In this document: in pieces, positions 27,094 through 32,000 of the stretch | How the letters are laid out: each line of letters begins with the position of its first letter | Numbering within the stretch: the first letter of the stretch is position 1 | DNA from: Halomicronema hongdechloris C2206 | GTDB taxonomy: Bacteria; Cyanobacteriota; Cyanobacteriia; Phormidesmidales; Phormidesmidaceae | Direction of reading: 5' to 3' | Length of the DNA stretch: 32,000 nucleotides | Assembly (NCBI RefSeq): GCF_002075285.3 | Contig: NZ_CP021983.2 | Span: 4,920,001 to 4,952,000, forward strand | The notes under the pieces: generated by a model | Database searches by the model: none | What the model saw: the letters and a program-made list of their open reading frames with translations, nothing else | Told to the model about the DNA's origin: nothing | Program-made: the position numbers and the translations under genes

Positions 27094-27666
27094 CTAGAAG
27101 TTCTCAGTGCCAGGGGGTGGCGCCCCAGCTCCCTGTTGATTCAGGAAGAGGTTGCCAGCGGCATCATTTTGATAGATGCAGTCCACCTTAGCGGCCTGCT
27201 CATTATTGGCATCGCCGGTATAACCAAAGGTATTCATCCGCTGCCGACACTGACGCTCGTCTTCACTGTCAATCAGTCCTCGCTTCTCTAGCACCGCCCA
27301 GTTATTGCGGCGAATCACACAGCCCGGCTGCATGGTGGGCTGCGACAGATAGACCCCGAAAGGATTAAAGGTCAAAAAGATGCGAGCATCGGCTACTACG
27401 GCACTAGCCCCGTACTGCACACACATCTCGGGATTGGGGGCCCTGCGGTCGATGAACTCCCGGGACGCTACATTTTGAGGGGTCATGCTGGTTGTTGAAG
27501 AACTGAAGGCAATGCCCAAACCAATGCCCAGAATAAAGACGCCCCCGATGATGGCCAGGGTCATGTAGTTCAGGGTCGAGCCCAAGGGCGACTTAGGCGG
27601 TGGTGGCTCTGTAGACCGATAGGAATCGTATGACTTGGAGGAACGGGAGGGTCGGGTGCGTCTCAT
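27094..27666 (-). CDS. Conserved cyanobacterial membrane-anchored protein (DUF3172-like)
   Basis: 190 aa with a basic N-terminus, one TM helix (LAIIGGVFILGIGLGIAF) and a Cys-containing lumenal domain (CVQYGASAVV...PGCVIRRNNWAVLEKRG...CRQRMNTFGYTGD). The family name is from memory. Confidence 0.55.
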   Translation of the reverse strand: MRRTRPSRSSKSYDSYRSTEPPPPKSPLGSTLNYMTLAIIGGVFILGIGLGIAFSSSTTSMTPQNVASREFIDRRAPNPEMCVQYGASAVVADARIFLTFNPFGVYLSQPTMQPGCVIRRNNWAVLEKRGLIDSEDERQCRQRMNTFGYTGDANNEQAAKVDCIYQNDAAGNLFLNQQGAGAPPPGTENF

Positions 27667-28053
27667 AGCCGCAGTCAGAACCTACAACGAAAGTTAGCTT
27701 ACTCATCCAACCATATTAGCGTCCTCACTGGTGTCTAGGGGCAGACAGCGAGGGAGCAACCATCCTCAAACGACACCTACGGTAGCTCAGGCCCTACGCC
27801 CCTTAAGACCTGGGCAAGTCACCGCTCAATCTAGTGCTGGCAGCTGCATCTAGCTTGCGGGTGTGTCTAGGATACATCCAAATGATTAGGGCCAATGGCA
27901 GGATGATGGTGTTTAGGGAATGCCCCGTTGTCTGGCCATGGGCTTCCAACTGCGATGAAGCCTTCATCAAGCCAATGATTCCCCGAAATACAGCCCACTG
28001 CCAGGGGCATCTTAGTAGCAGGTGTTTTGTACACTCACCATGTGGTCGTATTT

Positions 28054-28992
28054 ATGCTGCATCTCTGGCTCAAAATAATTCTGGGATTAGGGGTAATCCT
28101 CGGGGTCAGCGGTTGTTCTCCCGATTCCCTGTCCTCGGACACCACCTCTCCTGCCGCCGATCCAGCGGCTACCGAGACCTTCGTGATTGCAGATATCTCC
28201 GACGAACCCGCCGCCAAAATTGATGCCTACCAACCCATGGCCAACTATCTGGCCGAGCAATTGAGCGAATTCGGCATCGAAGCTGGGGCGGTCAAAGTTG
28301 CCCCCGATATGGCTACGATGACCCAATGGCTCGCCACTGGAGACGTTGATCTATACTTCGATAGTCCCTATCCTGCCATGCGAGTGAAGACTGGTTCCGG
28401 GGCAACTGTTTTGCTGAGACGGTGGAAAACTGGTGTCGCCGCCTACAGCACCATTCTGTTTGCTCGCCAGGATAGCAACCGTCAGACCGTCCATGACTTA
28501 TTAGGGCAGGTGGTTGCCTTCGAAGAAGAATTTTCGACCTCTGGCTACATGCTGCCTAAAGCTTATCTTGCCGAAGCTGGCTTATCCCTTACCCAGCTCA
28601 ACGATCCCACTGCTCAGGTACCGCCAGATCAGATTGGCTATGTCTTCAGCCGCCACGAGCAAACTACCATTCAGTGGGTGCTGAGCCAGCGGGTCGTGGC
28701 CGGTGCCGTCGGCAGTCCCTATTTTTATAGCATTCCAGAATCTACCCGAGAGCAGCTCGTCATCCTGGCTGAGACCGAAGCCTTACCCCGTCACATTGGC
28801 CTGGTGTCTCCCACCATGGATGCGGCCCAGCAGCAAGCCCTGAAGACAGTCCTGATGGCCATGGATGAGACGCCAGCCGGGCGTGATGTCCTGCAGCAAT
28901 TTGAAGAGACAGCTCAGTTCGATGAGTTTCCCCAGGGAGCCAGTACTGCCATTGCTCGGATCAAAGTGTTATATGACCTGGTGGGCGATTAA
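28054..28992 (+). CDS. PhnD-like (phosphonate/phosphite-type) ABC substrate-binding lipoprotein
   Basis: ATG at 28054 gives MLHLWLKIILGLGVILGVSGC (lipobox). The mature part shows the Phosphonate-bd pattern (YQPMANYLAEQL..., GDVDLYFDSPYP, YSTILFARQDS, DLLGQVVAFEEEFSTSGYMLP). Confidence 0.75.
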   Translation: MLHLWLKIILGLGVILGVSGCSPDSLSSDTTSPAADPAATETFVIADISDEPAAKIDAYQPMANYLAEQLSEFGIEAGAVKVAPDMATMTQWLATGDVDLYFDSPYPAMRVKTGSGATVLLRRWKTGVAAYSTILFARQDSNRQTVHDLLGQVVAFEEEFSTSGYMLPKAYLAEAGLSLTQLNDPTAQVPPDQIGYVFSRHEQTTIQWVLSQRVVAGAVGSPYFYSIPESTREQLVILAETEALPRHIGLVSPTMDAAQQQALKTVLMAMDETPAGRDVLQQFEETAQFDEFPQGASTAIARIKVLYDLVGD

Positions 28993-30703
28993 CAAGACGC
29001 GCGCTTTAAGGCTCCCTGGCTGGCAACGGTGGTCACCTCAGCGCTCCTTAGGGGTAAAGCTGACCATGACGATGACGGGCCTAGTCGTCATTGCCATTAG
29101 TGGCGTCACCGCCCTCTCCGTGCAGCGGGAACAAAACACCTTTCACCAGGAATGGAAAGAGCGGGCCAGCCTCTTATTAGACACCCTGGAAGTTGTCGCC
29201 CGCGATCCCCTCTATGACCTAGAGGCCGATGTCCTCTCCCAGTTAATCTCGGCCCTGGCCCAGAACCATCCTCTGCTGACCTCCGGTCACATCTACGATA
29301 GTGACGGTCGCATCATCGCCGATCTCCATCGGCAAGGGCCAGTCTATGCCACCCAAAGCAGTCCGCTCGGACAACGACTCATCAACAGTGAGCCAACGGT
29401 CTTTATCTGGCAGTCCCAACAGCTCGTCGCCGGGCGCGCCATCATTGCTGGGGAGCAGAGACTAGGCGCAGTCAGTATTGGCCTCTCAACCGCTCCGCTA
29501 CAGCAGAAAGTTGCTAGGGTCCGCAACCAAGGCATCGTCATCGCGCTGATTGCAGGGGGGTTAGGGGCGAGCATTGCCGTAGTACTCAGCCGCTCGATCA
29601 CAACCCCATTGCAGGCTCTCGTGGTGGCCACCCGCAAGATTGCCCAAGGGGATCTAAATCAGCAGGTGCCGATTCAGAGCCATGATGAGCTGGCCGTCTT
29701 GGCCCAATCCTTTAACGAGATGACCAGCCGCTTGCAGCAAACCCTATCCCTACTCCAAGCCCACAAAGACGAGTTAGAGCAGCGGGTACAGGAACGCACC
29801 CAAGCGCTGTCCGAGGCCATTCAGCACCTGCAGCAGACGCAGACCCAATTGGTCCAAAGCGAGAAAATGTCTAGTCTGGGCCAATTAGTCGCCGGTGTCG
29901 CCCACGAAATCAACAATCCAGCTAGTTTCATCCACGGCAATCTCACCTACGCTTCTACCTACATCCAAGATCTGCTGGACATTATCACCCTTTACCAACG
30001 GCACTACCCAAATCCCCCAGCCGGCCTGCAAGAAGCCATTGATGCAGTTGATTTGGCGTTTATTCAAAGTGATTTGCCGAAGTTACTGCAATCTATGCAG
30101 GTGGGCTCTGATCGCATCAATGAGATTGTCCGCTCCCTGCGAACGTTTTCCCGCCTGGAAGAGGGGGACTTTAAGCCTGCTGACATCCACGACGGGATTG
30201 ACAGCACGCTGATGATTTTGAAGCATCGCCTGAAGATGGCCACTGGCAACGGCATCCAGGTGGTCAAACACTACGCTCCCCTAGATCCTATCGATTGCCG
30301 CCTGGGGCAACTGAATCAGGTGTTCATGAATATTCTCACCAATGCCATCGACGCCTTGCAGGACCAAGAGGCGGCGCCGTCGAGCCCGTCTCAGCAGCCT
30401 CCCACCATTGAGATTCGCACCCGATCCCTGTCTCCCGACTGGATCGCTATTCATATTTTCAACAACGGCCCCAGTATCGACACCGAGATTCACTCCAAGC
30501 TGTTCGATCCTTTCTTCACCACGAAATCGGTTGGGCAAGGGACCGGCCTGGGGCTCTCCATTAGCTACCAAATCGTGACTGAGCATCACCGGGGGCGCCT
30601 CTATTGCCATTCCAAGGCTAATTGGGGAACCGAATTCATCCTCGAGTTGCCCACCCATCATCCCGACGAGACCATGCCGGACTTGGCGGCAGCAGATCGC
30701 TGA
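28973..30703 (+). CDS. Sensor histidine kinase (TM-periplasmic-TM-HAMP-HisKA-HATPase)
   Basis: H-box AGVAHEINNPASFIHGN, N-box MNILTNAIDAL and G-boxes GQGTGLGLSISYQIV. HAMP lies around ITTPLQALVVATRKIAQGDLNQ. Start candidates are ATG 28973 (overlaps the upstream gene by 20 nt) and ATG 29066 (MTMTGLVVIAISG). Confidence 0.85.
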   Translation: MTWWAINKTRALRLPGWQRWSPQRSLGVKLTMTMTGLVVIAISGVTALSVQREQNTFHQEWKERASLLLDTLEVVARDPLYDLEADVLSQLISALAQNHPLLTSGHIYDSDGRIIADLHRQGPVYATQSSPLGQRLINSEPTVFIWQSQQLVAGRAIIAGEQRLGAVSIGLSTAPLQQKVARVRNQGIVIALIAGGLGASIAVVLSRSITTPLQALVVATRKIAQGDLNQQVPIQSHDELAVLAQSFNEMTSRLQQTLSLLQAHKDELEQRVQERTQALSEAIQHLQQTQTQLVQSEKMSSLGQLVAGVAHEINNPASFIHGNLTYASTYIQDLLDIITLYQRHYPNPPAGLQEAIDAVDLAFIQSDLPKLLQSMQVGSDRINEIVRSLRTFSRLEEGDFKPADIHDGIDSTLMILKHRLKMATGNGIQVVKHYAPLDPIDCRLGQLNQVFMNILTNAIDALQDQEAAPSSPSQQPPTIEIRTRSLSPDWIAIHIFNNGPSIDTEIHSKLFDPFFTTKSVGQGTGLGLSISYQIVTEHHRGRLYCHSKANWGTEFILELPTHHPDETMPDLAAADR

Positions 30704-30900
30704 GCGGCCTCGACCCAGGGCTGGGATACTGGCTATGGGGCTAGCCGGCTGGTCTGCAACGGCGCCCAGCTTGGTGGCGGCTATAGAAGGCAGAAGGCGA
30801 TTGTCTGGGATTGATAAAGTACCGAAAAATTATCGAGTCGCTGTTGGTGAAGGGCTGAGCATTCTGAGACTGACCATATCTTAGTCGTGAGGTATATCCC

Positions 30901-31374
30901 ATGGTCACGAATAGAGTAAGCGCCACCTTAGACTCCAGCGAGCTACAGACGATGATGGCTGCGATCGCAACCATTCCAGAGAAGCTGTCATTCTTTGCCG
31001 GGCTGACGCCAGAGGAGCGCAAGTCCCTGCTCAAGATGGCCGATACCAATGAAGCCTTTGCCCGCCGCGCCCTGGAAGTGGCCACCCAGACCCCAGATTT
31101 TCTGCCCTGCTCCTTTGACCTGGAAGAGATGCAGCGAGACCTGACCCTGTTTACCTCGCTGCAGCCGGTGATTCTAGCCGTAACCCAACTGCAGGAGATG
31201 CTGACGTATACGGCCACAGCCGCAGGCAACGAGGCCTACACGGCCGCCTTGGAGGTGTATCGCTACGCCAAGGCCAATGGCACCATGGCCGGCCTGGATG
31301 ATCTAGTGGAGAAGCTGGGGGAATGGTTCACCAAGCGGGCCAACCCCAAAGGCAGCCAGCCGGTCACCGAATAA
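30901..31374 (+). CDS. Conserved hypothetical helical protein
   Basis: 157 aa, ...LTPEERKSLLKMADTNEAFARRALEVATQTPDFLPCSFDLEEMQRDLTLF..., resembling a widespread uncharacterised family. Preferred over the antisense ORF 30741..31229, which is Ser/Arg-rich. Confidence 0.55.
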   Translation: MVTNRVSATLDSSELQTMMAAIATIPEKLSFFAGLTPEERKSLLKMADTNEAFARRALEVATQTPDFLPCSFDLEEMQRDLTLFTSLQPVILAVTQLQEMLTYTATAAGNEAYTAALEVYRYAKANGTMAGLDDLVEKLGEWFTKRANPKGSQPVTE

Positions 31375-31426
31375 TCCCAGCCCCGGCTGAAGTTACGTTT
31401 CTACAGCGTTATCGATCACAGTTCGG

Positions 31427-31575
31427 GTCGCACTGCGTTTGCCCGGAATGACAGGACTTATTTTCGCGGTTAGTTTGCTGTCTAAGAAGACCCCATTACC
31501 GTCATTCCCGCGGCGGCGGGAATCCAGAGAACCAACCTCGGCATCGACCCAGAGGGCTCTGCCCGGATTCCAAGC
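31427..31575. repeat. Palindromic mini-repeat cluster (same families as 23920-24150, inverted)
   Basis: 31499-31527 is the exact reverse complement of 24007-24035 (29 nt). 31427-31453 and 31555-31575 are related to the TCATTCCGGG / GGAATCCAGGCAG arms. Confidence 0.75.
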
Positions 31576-31599
31576 CTACCCGCAATAACCGTACTGCCA

Positions 31600-31851
31600 G
31601 TCCACCCTTCTGCTGCTCCCGACCACCTTTGTGCTGCTCCCGCTCACCCTGGTGGTGCATCAGAGCACCCTTTTGCTGCTCTCGACCACCCTGATGATGC
31701 TCCCGATCGCCTTCGTGGTGCTCCCGACCACCCTGGTTGGTGCACCCACTCACCTTTTTCGTGTATCCGACCACCCTGGTGGTGCACCCGAGCACCTTTT
31801 TGCTGCTCCTGACCACCTCTTTGGTGCATCCACCCACCTCTGTCGTGGACT
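31600..31851. repeat. Degenerate tandem array, 12 units of 21 nt (consensus about GACCACCYTKKTGSTGCTCCC)
   Basis: Units were read off at 31600, 31621, 31642 ... 31831. Each contains the dyad ACCACC..GGTGGT. There is one 1-nt phase slip around 31746. Confidence 0.8.
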
Positions 31852-31881
31852 AGTACCCGATGACAGAAGTAAGCGAGCTAT

Positions 31882-32000
31882 TTATGCGGTGAGAGGCTTG
31901 CCTGTATAGTTCCACTTGAAGGGCTTGGCCATCGTGCGATTGAAGTAATCAACAAAGTCCAAAATCTTGGCCCTGAGTTCAGCTTGACTCTTAAAACTGG
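31882..32000 (-). CDS. Transposase, C-terminal end only (gene continues beyond the window)
   Basis: The reverse strand reads ...SFKSQAELRAKILDFVDYFNRTMAKPFKWNYTGKPLTA-stop (stop at 31884-31882). The F..YFN....KPFKWTY tail is typical of IS630-like DDE transposases. Confidence 0.55.
   Translation of the reverse strand, partial: SFKSQAELRAKILDFVDYFNRTMAKPFKWNYTGKPLTA

Noticed and set aside
27834-28223. 129-aa ORF upstream of and overlapping the PhnD-like gene
   Set aside because: Its product is Arg/Cys/Ser-rich and it uses an alternative start. It overlaps the lipoprotein signal-peptide region of the better-supported frame.
30741-31229. 162-aa minus-strand ORF overlapping 30901..31374
   Set aside because: Its composition is Ser/Arg/Ala-rich, and the plus-strand frame resembles a conserved hypothetical family.
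31600-31851. Considered whether the 21-nt array could be a CRISPR array
   Set aside because: The units are contiguous with no unique spacers between repeats, and no cas genes are present.

Overview
This is a moderately GC-rich segment that looks like cyanobacterial chromosome. The HIP1 octamer GCGATCGC is frequent (e.g. 28-35, 834-841, 843-850) and the gene content fits. All family calls come from motifs read by eye; no searches were run.

Block 1 (0.8-16.1 kb) is a metal-starvation regulon island. One Fur-family operator, with an invariant core GAATGATAATCATT, occurs four times. The copies lie in front of:
- a flavoprotein + FeoB-like operon;
- a decayed WD40 gene;
- a thrS + DsrE-like + DUF1636 operon;
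- a divergent fur-family (zur-like) / hemB pair, where hemB carries the Asp-rich, zinc-independent metal site.

Block 2 (10.0-14.4 kb) is wedged inside that island and is the best candidate for an undescribed conflict or defence system. It encodes a small helical protein and an 1100-aa NACHT-HEAT-TIR STAND NTPase. The NTPase N-terminus repeats a motif of the small protein, and its HEAT sensor segment is strikingly AT-rich. An overlapping small-ORF / nucleotidyltransferase-fold pair follows.

Block 3 (16.1-20.0 kb) is a gene graveyard bounded by an 18-bp IS3-type inverted repeat pair. It holds an IS3 transposase remnant, an MNT/HEPN deletion fusion, glycosyltransferase fragments and a 5-prime-truncated debranching-enzyme gene.

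Block 4 (20-31.4 kb) is ordinary signalling and housekeeping:
- a Cache-HAMP-PAS-GAF-PAS-GGDEF-EAL protein;
- a VOC protein;
- a sigma-70 family factor and a TPR protein;
- a DUF3172-like protein;
- a PhnD-like binding protein + histidine kinase;
- a hypothetical protein.

The window ends with palindromic mini-repeats, a 12-unit 21-nt tandem array and the 3-prime end of a transposase gene. An intact-looking IS630 element sits at 4077-5220. No rRNA, tRNA or CRISPR array was seen.
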